Source of the DNA: Candidatus Bathyarchaeota archaeon
GTDB taxonomy: Archaea > Thermoproteota > Bathyarchaeia > TCS64
DNA length: 64,000 nt
Reading direction: 5' to 3'
Assembly: GCA_043826455.1 (NCBI GenBank)
Contig: JBDRQD010000021.1
Span: 10,181 to 74,180, forward strand
Shown here: piece by piece, positions 19,410-28,571 of the stretch
Position numbering within the stretch: position 1 is the stretch's first letter
Layout: the number at the start of each line of letters is the position of its first letter
Made by a program: the position numbers and the translations under genes
Notes under the pieces: generated by a model
Told to the model about the DNA's origin: nothing
Databases searched by the model: none
What the model saw: the letters and a program-made list of their open reading frames with translations, nothing else

Positions 19410-21284
19410 CTAGACGGTTTCACGCACGTCACGGAACAACGTGTCCAGCTCAGGTATCCCGCTGACCGAGTCACTCTTCATGTAGGTTGGCAGAGTGAGA
19501 GAAATGAAGGGGTTACTGGCTTTACCGGCGAGCTCCAATTTTCCTCCGACATCCACGACCTCCTCCCTGCAGAGGATGATCTCAGGGTCCTTACTGATGC
19601 TGTTAATCACGTCCAGAGTCCTAACGCTGCTTGACTCGTCCAGAATGTTGGAGAACACGAGCTTGACGAAGCTTTCACTGGACTCCACTAGAAGGTCCAT
19701 CTTACCCGTGCCCACTCTATCCGAGACCTTCTGCAGTATAGTGCTCAGGAAGTTGCAGAGCCTTGAATCATCAACATTAGCCACTATCTCACCGACGTGT
19801 CTAGTGTTGACCTCCATAGCCCTGTTCTTAGGCTGGTTCAAGGTATCTAACACTAAGTCTATTACACTCTTCTCAGACGGCTTGAAAATGGTCTCATCAG
19901 TCCTGCTGAGGAATCCTTCCAGGATCTTCAGCGCCATGTCAAGAGTGTTCGTGATCTCTGGGAGGCTTTCCCTGAACTTGTTCTGATCTCCCGAAGCCTC
20001 TTCACACAGGTACTTCACGTGGCGCATGGGGTAAATTATCTCGCTTCCTATGAGGTACGCCAGCTGCCCTATGGAGAGGAGAAGGGTGTTGTTTGTCTCG
20101 CTAGGCAGTTCAAGGGTGGGCCCCAGAGGGACTTTTCCGTTCTCTTCACTCCGTTTGCGCTCGGTGATGTCTCGGAGGATGGCTATGAGTTCCTTCTTAC
20201 CCGAGACATTGATGAGGGCTATGTGAGCCTCGCCCCAGCCCATCTTACCGTCCTTTGAGACGTACTTGAACTCGAAGGGGGGAGGAAGGTTTCCGCGCAG
20301 GACGCCACTGAACACCCTGAAGTAGTTCTTCAGGTCGGAGCTTCTGATGGACTTGAGTTTAATGAAGCTTTTACCCAGCACTTCCTGGCTCTCGTAGCCG
20401 GTGATCCGGCAGAACGCGGAGTTGACGGACGTCACATCGCCCTTCAAGTCCAGGGTGATGATCCCGTCGGGGGCCAACTCGACCAGGGATTGGAGCCTCT
20501 CCTGGGTCTCCCGTTTCTCTGCCTCCAGCCTGTTCTTCTCGGTGATGTCTCTGACAAAGGAGAGGACACCTATCTTGCCGTTGTAGGTAACTGGGCTTGT
20601 GCTCACCTCGACCTGAATGATCTTGCCGTCCTTCCTCTTCAACCTGTACTGGTTGTACTCTTCGCTTCTACCCTTCTCGATGACTTCCTTGAACCGGTTG
20701 AGGGCCCTCTGCTTGTCCTCACCCACGGCGAAGTTGAAGGGGTTCTGGAGCTCAGAGCCGTCGCTGACCCCCAGGAGGTCCAGGAACGCCTTGTTGGCGA
20801 AGACTACCTTCTTGTCCACCGAGATGATGAGGGCGTCCCGGGTCTGCTCTATGACCGTCCTGTATAGGGTGTCTACCCTCTTCTTCTCCACGACACTCCT
20901 TATGCGCTTGGCCAGAACCTGGTAGTGGCTGGGGTCCATCTCCTTCCTCAGGTAGTCGTCTATTCCTACACTGAAGGCCGCCTCCGCCACCTCCTCGCTA
21001 CCCTGGCCCGTGTAGATGATGATGGGGATGTCGAACTCCTTCCTGATCATGGCTGCGAGCTCGATGCCGTTGAGATCGGGCATCTGGTAGTCTGTGACTA
21101 CGCAGTCGAACCTGTTCTTCCGTAGCTCTTTCAGTGCCTGGTTGGGGTCGCTCACGGCGCTGATGGAGAAGGTGCCGTCGGAGACGGGTAGAAAGTACTT
21201 GAGGAACTCTCCCTGGCTCATGTCGTCGTCTACATGGAGAATCCTAATTACATCTGTCTGGTCGACGACGACGTTCCGGTACAC
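19410..21284 (-). CDS. REC-PAS-PAS signalling protein with degenerate histidine-kinase-like C-terminus
   Basis: LHVDDD / TDYQMP / YLRK receiver; two PAS-PAC domains ending RDITE; start uncertain. Confidence 0.88.
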   Translation of the reverse strand: MYRNVVVDQTDVIRILHVDDDMSQGEFLKYFLPVSDGTFSISAVSDPNQALKELRKNRFDCVVTDYQMPDLNGIELAAMIRKEFDIPIIIYTGQGSEEVAEAAFSVGIDDYLRKEMDPSHYQVLAKRIRSVVEKKRVDTLYRTVIEQTRDALIISVDKKVVFANKAFLDLLGVSDGSELQNPFNFAVGEDKQRALNRFKEVIEKGRSEEYNQYRLKRKDGKIIQVEVSTSPVTYNGKIGVLSFVRDITEKNRLEAEKRETQERLQSLVELAPDGIITLDLKGDVTSVNSAFCRITGYESQEVLGKSFIKLKSIRSSDLKNYFRVFSGVLRGNLPPPFEFKYVSKDGKMGWGEAHIALINVSGKKELIAILRDITERKRSEENGKVPLGPTLELPSETNNTLLLSIGQLAYLIGSEIIYPMRHVKYLCEEASGDQNKFRESLPEITNTLDMALKILEGFLSRTDETIFKPSEKSVIDLVLDTLNQPKNRAMEVNTRHVGEIVANVDDSRLCNFLSTILQKVSDRVGTGKMDLLVESSESFVKLVFSNILDESSSVRTLDVINSISKDPEIILCREEVVDVGGKLELAGKASNPFISLTLPTYMKSDSVSGIPELDTLFRDVRETV

Positions 21285-21549
21285 GCGTATCGGGTGACAC
21301 CTACTAGGCGTATTTAAAGGAATTATTGACTGGTGTTCTAGTGCCCTAATCACGTTTATTGGTGGATTTTTTCATGCTTTGGAACCGTTTATAGGGTGCC
21401 GCAACTGAAGCATTACTTGATAGCAGCCTCATCTCGTTAACCAAAAACGGTTACTATATCAAAAAATTGCACACGAGTACGTTACCTCCTTCGTGGGTAA
21501 CCCGTGCTACACAAATCATTTGAAATGGGCAGGTTCACCAGTCTCCCCC

Positions 21550-21852
21550 ATGTCCATGCGCGACGTCAGGATCACCGTAGTGAAGAAGGTCTCCAACGCG
21601 GATATCCACGGAAGGTACGCCGTCAGGGGAATACCCGCCGCCTGCGACACCGTGGAGGTGGGCATGGAGTTCATATCGAAGGGCATGGCGATGCCGCCCA
21701 ACTTCTGCAGTTGGGCGTGGGCCGACATCCAGAGGGATGTGGCCCACCTGGCCATGGGGGGTGATGTTCCATGGATGAAGGAGAAGGGCACCATGATCTG
21801 CTGCTGCACCGACGGGCTACGCCCCGTGGTCTTCAAGCTGGAGAGGCTTTAA
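21550..21852 (+). CDS. TIGR04076-like protein
   Basis: FCSWAW, CCTDGLRPVVFKLER. Confidence 0.85.
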   Translation: MSMRDVRITVVKKVSNADIHGRYAVRGIPAACDTVEVGMEFISKGMAMPPNFCSWAWADIQRDVAHLAMGGDVPWMKEKGTMICCCTDGLRPVVFKLERL

Positions 21853-21891
21853 TCTCGGCGACAAGGCGAACAGCTGCGTCTTCACGGTTAC

Positions 21892-22512
21892 CTAGATGTT
21901 CTTGACTGTCTCCTCTGTGGCGATCCTGAGGGCCCGCACGGTGGTCTCCAGGCTCATGGATGGCGTCCCCTTGTCAGCCACCTGCTCGGGTAGGGGTGGG
22001 ACGTGGATGAACCCGGCCGGGATGTCGAGTCCCTCCTCATCTAGGTGATGCATGAGTTCGTAGAAGACGTGGTTGCACCCGAAAGTCCCGGCGCTGTTGG
22101 ATATGACGGACGGTATGCCTGCGTCCCTCAGAGCCTTCAGGATACTCCTGAGGGGCAGCCTCGACCAGTAGGCCACCGGCCCATCCTCCACTATGGGTTT
22201 GTCCACCGGCTGAGTGCCGCAGTTATAGGGTATCCTGGCGTCGGCAACGTTGATGGCCAACCTCTCCAGGTTGATGGTGGCGACCCCCGACTGACCTGTG
22301 CAGATTATCGCTGACGGCCTGTGCTTTTTTATAGCTGCCAAGAGCCCAGCCCTCATCTCGTCGTATCTGAGGGGGATCATCTCAACCATGACCCGGTGCC
22401 CGTTAACTGTCTCCCCCTCCAGCCTCCTGCAGGCCTCTATGGATGGGTTCACGTGGCTTCCCCCGAAGGGCTCGAAGCCGGTGAGCAGCACTTTTCCTTT
22501 CATATCGGTCAT
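21892..22512 (-). CDS. pcp: Pyroglutamyl-peptidase I
   Basis: LLTGFEPF..NPS, LERLAIN, SAGTFGCN, GFIHVP. Confidence 0.95.
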   Translation of the reverse strand: MTDMKGKVLLTGFEPFGGSHVNPSIEACRRLEGETVNGHRVMVEMIPLRYDEMRAGLLAAIKKHRPSAIICTGQSGVATINLERLAINVADARIPYNCGTQPVDKPIVEDGPVAYWSRLPLRSILKALRDAGIPSVISNSAGTFGCNHVFYELMHHLDEEGLDIPAGFIHVPPLPEQVADKGTPSMSLETTVRALRIATEETVKNI

Positions 22513-22568
22513 ATGTATTCGGCTCGGCCACGGAAAACACTTTCCGGGCGGGCCACCCATCTATTGAC

Positions 22569-23603
22569 ATGGAGTCAGGTGAGCGCTGGGGGCGTCTCCC
22601 AGACGGCGGGTGGGCCCACAGGGTTAAGCTGGTCAACGGGGGCGGGTGCAGGGTAACGGTCACCGACTACGGGGCGACGGTGACATCCATAATTGCCCCG
22701 GACAGGGACGGCGTAGCCGGAGAGGTGGTCCTCGGCTTCAACGACTTGGACGGCTACCTTCGGTCGAGGTCCTACTTCGGGTGCACGGTGGGCAGGTACG
22801 CCAACAGGATAAGGGAGGGGCGGTTCACCCTGGACGGAGTCGAGCACACAGTCACCAGGAACCATGGCAGGCACCACCTCCACGGGGGCATAAGGGGGTT
22901 CGACAAGGCCCTGTGGAGCGTGGAGGAAGCCGACGAGTCCAGTGTAGCCCTCAGCCACCGTAGCGTCAACGGAGAGGAGGGGTACCCGGGCCAACTGAAC
23001 GCCACTGTATGCTTCTCACTGACGGACAGAGACGAGCTGGAGATAAACTACGAGGCCGTCACAGACAGGCCCACGGTTGTCAACTTGACTAACCACACAT
23101 ACTTCAACCTGGCCGGGGTGGGGGATGTCCTCGGACACGTCCTGGAGCTTAACGCCGACAGCTATACACCGGCTGACGATGATCTGCTGCCGTTGGGCGA
23201 GGTTGCCAGAGTGAAGGGGACCCCTCTTAATTTCCGTGAACCTAAAAAGGTGGGGAGAGACATCGGGTCAAAGCACCCTCAGATGCTTTTGGCTGGCGGC
23301 TACGACCATAACTACGTCCTGAGGGGCAGCGGCCTGAGGCGGGCGGCCACGCTGTGTGACCCCGTGACAGGGAGAGTCATGGAGGTGCGCACCACTCAGC
23401 CGGGGCTTCAGCTCTACACAGGCAACTTCCTGGACGGCGCGGAGCCGGGTAGATGGGGCGAACCCATCCTGAAGCACTCAGGGCTCTGTCTGGAGACTCA
23501 GCACTACCCGGACTCTCCTAATCACCCTAATTTTCCTTCCACGGTTCTCAAGCCGGGGGAAACCTATAACCATAGGACGGTCCTCAGGTTCACCGTGATG
23601 TAA
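22569..23603 (+). CDS. galM: Aldose 1-epimerase (galactose mutarotase)
   Basis: GRYANRI, LHGG, NLTNHTYFNL, YDHN, CLETQ. Confidence 0.96.
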   Translation: MESGERWGRLPDGGWAHRVKLVNGGGCRVTVTDYGATVTSIIAPDRDGVAGEVVLGFNDLDGYLRSRSYFGCTVGRYANRIREGRFTLDGVEHTVTRNHGRHHLHGGIRGFDKALWSVEEADESSVALSHRSVNGEEGYPGQLNATVCFSLTDRDELEINYEAVTDRPTVVNLTNHTYFNLAGVGDVLGHVLELNADSYTPADDDLLPLGEVARVKGTPLNFREPKKVGRDIGSKHPQMLLAGGYDHNYVLRGSGLRRAATLCDPVTGRVMEVRTTQPGLQLYTGNFLDGAEPGRWGEPILKHSGLCLETQHYPDSPNHPNFPSTVLKPGETYNHRTVLRFTVM

Positions 23604-23604
23604 G

Positions 23605-24087
23605 GTGGTTACCAGAGAGGAGACTGTTAAGAGGGCTGCGGGCTACGCCGAGGACGGCTTCCTCTGCTCCGAGGCTGTTCTCATGGCCATCAGGGACGCC
23701 CTTGGCTTCTCATGTGGGTGCATCCCCCGGGTGGCCACCGGTTTCGCGGCGGGGGTTGGCCGCACAGGGAACCTCTGCGGCGCCTTCACAGGAGCCGTCA
23801 TGGGTCTGGGCCTCGCCCTAGGCCGGGACCGGCCCACTGTGGGTGACCGGCCACCTCACTGGTACTCGAGGAAGATGGCGGAGGCCTTTGAGGGGGCGGA
23901 GGGCTCTCTGACGTGCCCCGGCATCCTGGGCCTGGACATCGGGGACCCTGAGGACTACCAGACCTACAGGGACCGGAACATGTGGGGCACGGTCTGTAGG
24001 GACCTGATAAAAACGGCTGCCGGGCTAGCCTACGATGTTCTTGTCGAGGAAAAAGTTGTGGGTGGGGCTGCTCACACGGGTGCGTAG
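23605..24087 (+). CDS. C_GCAxxG_C_C family putative redox protein
   Basis: CSEAV, LCGAFTG, two further Cys. Confidence 0.88.
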   Translation: MVTREETVKRAAGYAEDGFLCSEAVLMAIRDALGFSCGCIPRVATGFAAGVGRTGNLCGAFTGAVMGLGLALGRDRPTVGDRPPHWYSRKMAEAFEGAEGSLTCPGILGLDIGDPEDYQTYRDRNMWGTVCRDLIKTAAGLAYDVLVEEKVVGGAAHTGA

Positions 24088-24251
24088 AAGCACCGCTTGG
24101 GTGAGTGGACCTTTCCCTCCTTCTTGAGGGCGTCGATGGCCTTGGACACGTCCTTGCTGTCCATGCCCAGGCTCTTGGCGACGTCTCCGGGGCGCACAGG
24201 CTTGCCGGCGTCCTTCATGGCCTTAAGTACTTTGTCCTTGTGCTCGCTCAA
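24072..24251 (-). CDS. 59-aa HTH protein, not in ORF track
   Basis: MSEHKDKVLKAMKDAGKPVRPGDVAKSLGMDSKDVSKAIDALKKEGKVHSPKRCFYAPV; TTG start with gaggtga RBS. Confidence 0.85.
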   Translation of the reverse strand: MSEHKDKVLKAMKDAGKPVRPGDVAKSLGMDSKDVSKAIDALKKEGKVHSPKRCFYAPV

Positions 24252-24315
24252 GGGTTCACCTCAAGGGCTTACCGGAGCTAACAGTTATTAAGTTTACCCG
24301 CGCATCAGTACGCTC

Positions 24316-24843
24316 ATGAAGGTGGCGGTGGGGTCTCCCAACCCTCTGAAGGCCGAGGCGGTCAGAGACGCCTTCAGCATGTTCTTCAAGGACGTGGAGG
24401 TGGTGTCCGTAGACGTGGCCTCCGAGGTGCGCCCCTTCCCCGTGGGCGACATGGAGATCATGACCGGCGCAGCTAACAGAGCCAAGGGCGCCAAGGTGAG
24501 CTGCCCAGACTGCGAGTACTCGGTGGGCATCGAGGGCGGCGTGGTGGAGTTCGCGGGCAGGTGGTTCGACCGCAACTACGCCGTGGTGCTCTGGAACGGC
24601 AGGATGGGTGTAGGCTGCTCCGCGGGCTACGAGATAGACGAGTCCATCCTGCGCCAGGTGAACCCCGAGACAGACGAAAGCAAGAAGGTTATCGACAGGA
24701 TCATGGGTGAGGAAAACGTGTTCGACGGCATCGGCGTCATCGGGGTCATGACCCAGAGGAAGCTCACCAGGACAGATGTGCTGAGGGACGCCGTGGCCTG
24801 CGCCCTTACACGGGTCGTCGCCCCCTGGCTTTACGGCGGCTAG
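24316..24843 (+). CDS. Inosine/xanthosine triphosphatase (YjjX/DUF84)
   Basis: VGSPNPLK, GAANRA, VGIEGG, G.IG..T...LTR. Confidence 0.9.
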   Translation: MKVAVGSPNPLKAEAVRDAFSMFFKDVEVVSVDVASEVRPFPVGDMEIMTGAANRAKGAKVSCPDCEYSVGIEGGVVEFAGRWFDRNYAVVLWNGRMGVGCSAGYEIDESILRQVNPETDESKKVIDRIMGEENVFDGIGVIGVMTQRKLTRTDVLRDAVACALTRVVAPWLYGG

Positions 24844-25061
24844 AGCCCCTGAAGTGTGTTTGTGAGCTTACCCTGCCCACCAAAGGAGGGCTCGGTGCTT
24901 CAGAACCTGCTCATGTCTTGGTAGATCTGCTACCTACCTCAAACCGGTCGTTCACCCTTGCTCAGATTGCTGAACCTCTTGGCGAACTTCACCGAGACCC
25001 GCATTCCTGCTTGAGCCTTGGGAAGTGACGCGGATGTTCAAAGGAGCTGCTCCTCTGAAGT

Positions 25062-25209
25062 GGAATCCAGCTAAAAGCAATCCAAATTTTTTCACATTCT
25101 TCCACGCAGCTGTCATCAACGCCTTAAATTCGTTAGCTTGTAACAAACCCCGGAACCCCAGAGAACCACCCTAAAAAACAGGAATACCCAGCCACTAGGT
25201 ACAAACCCT
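25062..25209. repeat. Intergenic repeat family 2, copy A (modules A-C-B)
   Basis: Three modules shared with 52421-52541 (28/29, 25/29 and 22/23 identity). Confidence 0.85.
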
Positions 25210-25226
25210 CAGACAGCCAAAGAAAA

Positions 25227-25299
25227 TGGACTGGGGGGGATTCGAACCCCCGACTTCTGACTTGCGAAGCCAGCGTTCATACCACTGAACTACCAGCCC
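25227..25299 (-). tRNA. tRNA-Ala(CGC)
   Basis: gggctgg/ccagtcc acceptor with G3:U70; ctggc-ttCGCaa-gtcag; no encoded CCA after the discriminator. Confidence 0.97.
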
Positions 25300-25399
25300 C
25301 CGCCCCAGATGAAATCGCCCGTCCAGATAAAAACGTTGAGGAAACGGAGCGACGAACAGCGAGAACACGGGCAAACGATGTTACCAAGAGACGCTTCAG

Positions 25400-26008
25400 C
25401 TAAGTGCTCCTGAAGGGGATCGTCCTCTCCTCGGCCCCACCGGCCTTCAGTATGAGCAGATCTATGCCGTCGCCGCTCACAGCGTCCCTGGCTATGGCCG
25501 CCTTCATAGCCTTAAGCGCCAGCTTGACCCCCGCCTCGCAGTCCAGGCCCTTGCTGTAGTCAGACTCCAGCACCCCCATGGCTATCGGCGCCCCGGAGCC
25601 CGCGGATATATAGTCGTCGGGTATGAGGCTGCCCACCAGGTCCATGCTATACAACTGGGGCCCATCAGGGTCGACGCCCCCCACCAGCGTCTCCATGATG
25701 AGGGGCATCATGCGTCTGTTGAACAGCATGTTGGAGATGAGCTTGCTCATGGCCTTCGTGGTGATGGGCCGCCCCTTCTCCAGCCTGAACAGGTTGGCGT
25801 AGGCCTCGGCCTCCCTGACCAGGGCCTGCATGTCGCTCATGAGGCCCGCAAAGGCAAGGCCTATGTTGTCTGTGAGCTTGAACACCTTCTTGCCGCTCTT
25901 GCTGCTTATGAGGTACCCCCAGCTGACCCTCTTGTCGCTGGCTAGCACCACGCCGTCGCTGCAGACCAGGCCAACCGTAGTGGCCCCCTGTATCGCTTGG
26001 TAGCCCAT
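25400..26008 (-). CDS. psmB: Proteasome beta subunit
   Basis: TTVGL..DGVVLASDKR, AGLMSD, GSG, RD..SGDG. Confidence 0.95.
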   Translation of the reverse strand: MGYQAIQGATTVGLVCSDGVVLASDKRVSWGYLISSKSGKKVFKLTDNIGLAFAGLMSDMQALVREAEAYANLFRLEKGRPITTKAMSKLISNMLFNRRMMPLIMETLVGGVDPDGPQLYSMDLVGSLIPDDYISAGSGAPIAMGVLESDYSKGLDCEAGVKLALKAMKAAIARDAVSGDGIDLLILKAGGAEERTIPFRST

Positions 26009-26062
26009 CTGTGCCTCACTTTCCAGAGTTGTTTACGGGACGCGCGATATATACGTTGCCCA

Positions 26063-27205
26063 TCACAGGCGGTACACCCTGCTCGTGTCCCGGGGCTTCC
26101 TCCACTCCACCGAGTATCCGAGGGCCTCCAGGACGGGCATGAAGTTCCTGACACCGTGGTTACGGAGGACGGACCGGGCCTCACCCAGGGTCTCAGCCCC
26201 CCTCAGAGCCTCTATAATCTCCTCCAGCTTCTCAGGGGTCACCAGGACGCCACCTAAGTCCTTGTACTTGAATCCCTCGTCCCTGATCTCCTTCAGCAGC
26301 CTGTCCTCTGTGACGCCCCTGCGGGCTGCCAGCTCCTCTAGAATTATGAGGTCGCCGTGCGGGGGCTTCTTGGGCTTCCTCGGCGTTATCTCTATGATGG
26401 TCTCCTCCTCCGCCGGGTCCCTCTCCAGTAAGCCGCCGTGGACGTCACTGCTGAGGGTGAGCACCCCCTGCCTCTTGTTGGTGGACGGGTAGTTGATGAC
26501 GGCCTCTAGGGTCCACCGGCCAGCCTTCAGGAGCCGGCCCATGAGCTCATCCACCCTGGAGCCCCTCATGCTGATGCGGTTAGTGGGCTTCATGGACACA
26601 CTCACGGTGTGAGCCCAAGTACCCCCGGACGCCTCCACGTCCCCCAGGGCGCCGGCCAGGGACTCCAGATACTCGTCTCTCCGCCCCGTGGCCACTGTGA
26701 TCCTTCTGCTATAGGCCAGGAGCGCCACAGTCTGAGCGTAGTTGTAGCGCCTGTTCAGCTCCTCCGGCGTCGGCTCCTTGAACTCGGCGACCCTCTGCTC
26801 CTCCTCTAGGTCCGCGTAGAGACTGGAGTCAAGCTGCGCTGCCTCGACGCCCAGCCTACCTGCCACCTTCTCCAGGACTTCCAGCCTCTCGGCTTCGGTG
26901 GTCACCATTTTAGCCCCTGCCTCCTTGAAGACCTCTGACCGCGCAGTGATCGGAGGCACGGCCGAGTCCACAGCGAAAAGGGTTCTGCTATCCAGGACCG
27001 AGGCGAGGCCCCTCACCAGCCTGTAGTCGTATCCCAGCTCCTCGCAGTCGGACACTGCCTCCAGCAGCTCCCCCCTCATACGGTCCACGTGGTCCACATA
27101 GACCGCTATTAGGGTCTTGGCCAGGCTCGTCTCGTCCCCCAGGAAGATGGGGCGCAGGACCTCGCCCCTCCTGTACACTCTCAGGTGCTCCGTGGGCAGC
27201 ATCAA
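26063..27205 (-). CDS. DUF790/Bax1-like XPB partner
   Basis: MLPTEHL, YRLVRGL, LYADLEEE, RRYN...Q..L; 4-nt overlap with the helicase. Confidence 0.85.
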   Translation of the reverse strand: MMLPTEHLRVYRRGEVLRPIFLGDETSLAKTLIAVYVDHVDRMRGELLEAVSDCEELGYDYRLVRGLASVLDSRTLFAVDSAVPPITARSEVFKEAGAKMVTTEAERLEVLEKVAGRLGVEAAQLDSSLYADLEEEQRVAEFKEPTPEELNRRYNYAQTVALLAYSRRITVATGRRDEYLESLAGALGDVEASGGTWAHTVSVSMKPTNRISMRGSRVDELMGRLLKAGRWTLEAVINYPSTNKRQGVLTLSSDVHGGLLERDPAEEETIIEITPRKPKKPPHGDLIILEELAARRGVTEDRLLKEIRDEGFKYKDLGGVLVTPEKLEEIIEALRGAETLGEARSVLRNHGVRNFMPVLEALGYSVEWRKPRDTSRVYRL

Positions 27206-28524
27206 CGCTGGCGTCTCCTGGCGCTCATGTGGGTCTCGGCGGTGTCCGCGGAGACTAGCTCGTAGAGTATCGCCTGCTTCCCGGGGCGCTTCCTGAGTAT
27301 CCTGCCCAGGCGCTGGATGAACTGGCGGCTGCTTCCTGATCCGGAGATGATGACTGCTACTGAGGCGTCGGGGACGTCTACCCCCTCGTCCAGCACCCTG
27401 CTGGTGACGATCCTCCGGTAGGTGCCGTCCCTGAACCTGCCCAGTATCTCCTCACGCTCCTCTCGGGGCGTCATGTGGGTGATGGCTGGGATGAGCAGCT
27501 CCCTGCTTAGCCTGTACACCAGCTTGTTGTGGCTTGTGAATATGAGGGTCTTCTCCTCTGGGTTAGCCCTCAGCAGGCTCTTCAGGTACGCTATCTTGCT
27601 GCCGCTGTTCAACGCCAGGTCCATGGCCCTGTTCCTGGCCATGAGGGCGCGCCTCGCCTCGGGGTCCCGGGCGCTGCGCCTCACGAACCTGAGGTAGTCT
27701 CTGCTGCTCCTGATCCTAATGTTACGGCTACTGAGGAATCCTCGGTATATCTGGTACTGGTGTTCGTACTCCTGCTTCTCCTGGGGTGACAGGGGCAGCT
27801 TGACCGTCTTCACCGCGTAGTCCGCCAAGTGGGTGCCCGCCAGGTGCTCGGGGTCCAGGCTGTAAACCACTGGCCCCACGATCTCCTGGTAAAGTTCCCT
27901 GGTGGCCTCGTCCGCCTGGAGGGTGGCCGTCAACCCCAGTCTGAAGGGGGCTAGGTATCTGATGGCGATCCGTCTGTATGTGGGGGCGGCCAGATGGTGG
28001 ACCTCGTCGAAGACTAGGAACCTGAACAGGTTACCCAGGGTCCTGCTCCTGAGGCTGGCTGAGTCGTAGGTGGCCACGGTTATGGGCCTTATCTCGTCGT
28101 GGCCTCCGCCCAGGGCTCCTATCCTCTGCTTGAAGGCGTCCTCCAGCACCTGCCTCCACTGGTCCACCAGCACCACGGTGGGCACAACAACCAGCGTGGA
28201 GCACTGGAGCTCCTCCAAGGCCTTCACGGCCAGGACGGTCTTGCCCGCCCCCGTGGGCAGCACCACGATGCCTCTGCCGCCCGCCTTCTTCCACCTGCTA
28301 TGGGCCTCGGCCTGGTAGTCTCGCAACTGGAGGCTCGTTTTGAGGGACGGCGTGGCCTCGTCCCTGAGGGCCTTGTCCTTATACTCAGCCCCTGTCGCTT
28401 TCAGGTGTCTGATGATCTCCTGGTACATGTAGGCCGGGAACTCGTCCGAGGGCTCCAATGTGTCCAGGTAGAGGGGTCCCCCCTCAACCGTGACCCTGCC
28501 CCTCTGGTAGTGGAGGGTGATCAT
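27202..28524 (-). CDS. xpb: XPB/Rad25-type SF2 helicase
   Basis: LRDYQ, PTGAGKT, DEVHH, LGLTAT, EGVDVP, QRLGRILR. Confidence 0.93.
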   Translation of the reverse strand: MITLHYQRGRVTVEGGPLYLDTLEPSDEFPAYMYQEIIRHLKATGAEYKDKALRDEATPSLKTSLQLRDYQAEAHSRWKKAGGRGIVVLPTGAGKTVLAVKALEELQCSTLVVVPTVVLVDQWRQVLEDAFKQRIGALGGGHDEIRPITVATYDSASLRSRTLGNLFRFLVFDEVHHLAAPTYRRIAIRYLAPFRLGLTATLQADEATRELYQEIVGPVVYSLDPEHLAGTHLADYAVKTVKLPLSPQEKQEYEHQYQIYRGFLSSRNIRIRSSRDYLRFVRRSARDPEARRALMARNRAMDLALNSGSKIAYLKSLLRANPEEKTLIFTSHNKLVYRLSRELLIPAITHMTPREEREEILGRFRDGTYRRIVTSRVLDEGVDVPDASVAVIISGSGSSRQFIQRLGRILRKRPGKQAILYELVSADTAETHMSARRRQR

Positions 28525-28571
28525 CGTGGCTTTTCTTTCAGTATATCCGCGCACATGGGGATAAGGTATAC

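Noticed and set aside
24845..25060. Possible pseudogene fragment between the ITPase gene and repeat family 2
   Set aside because: No recognisable protein motif in the frames I read
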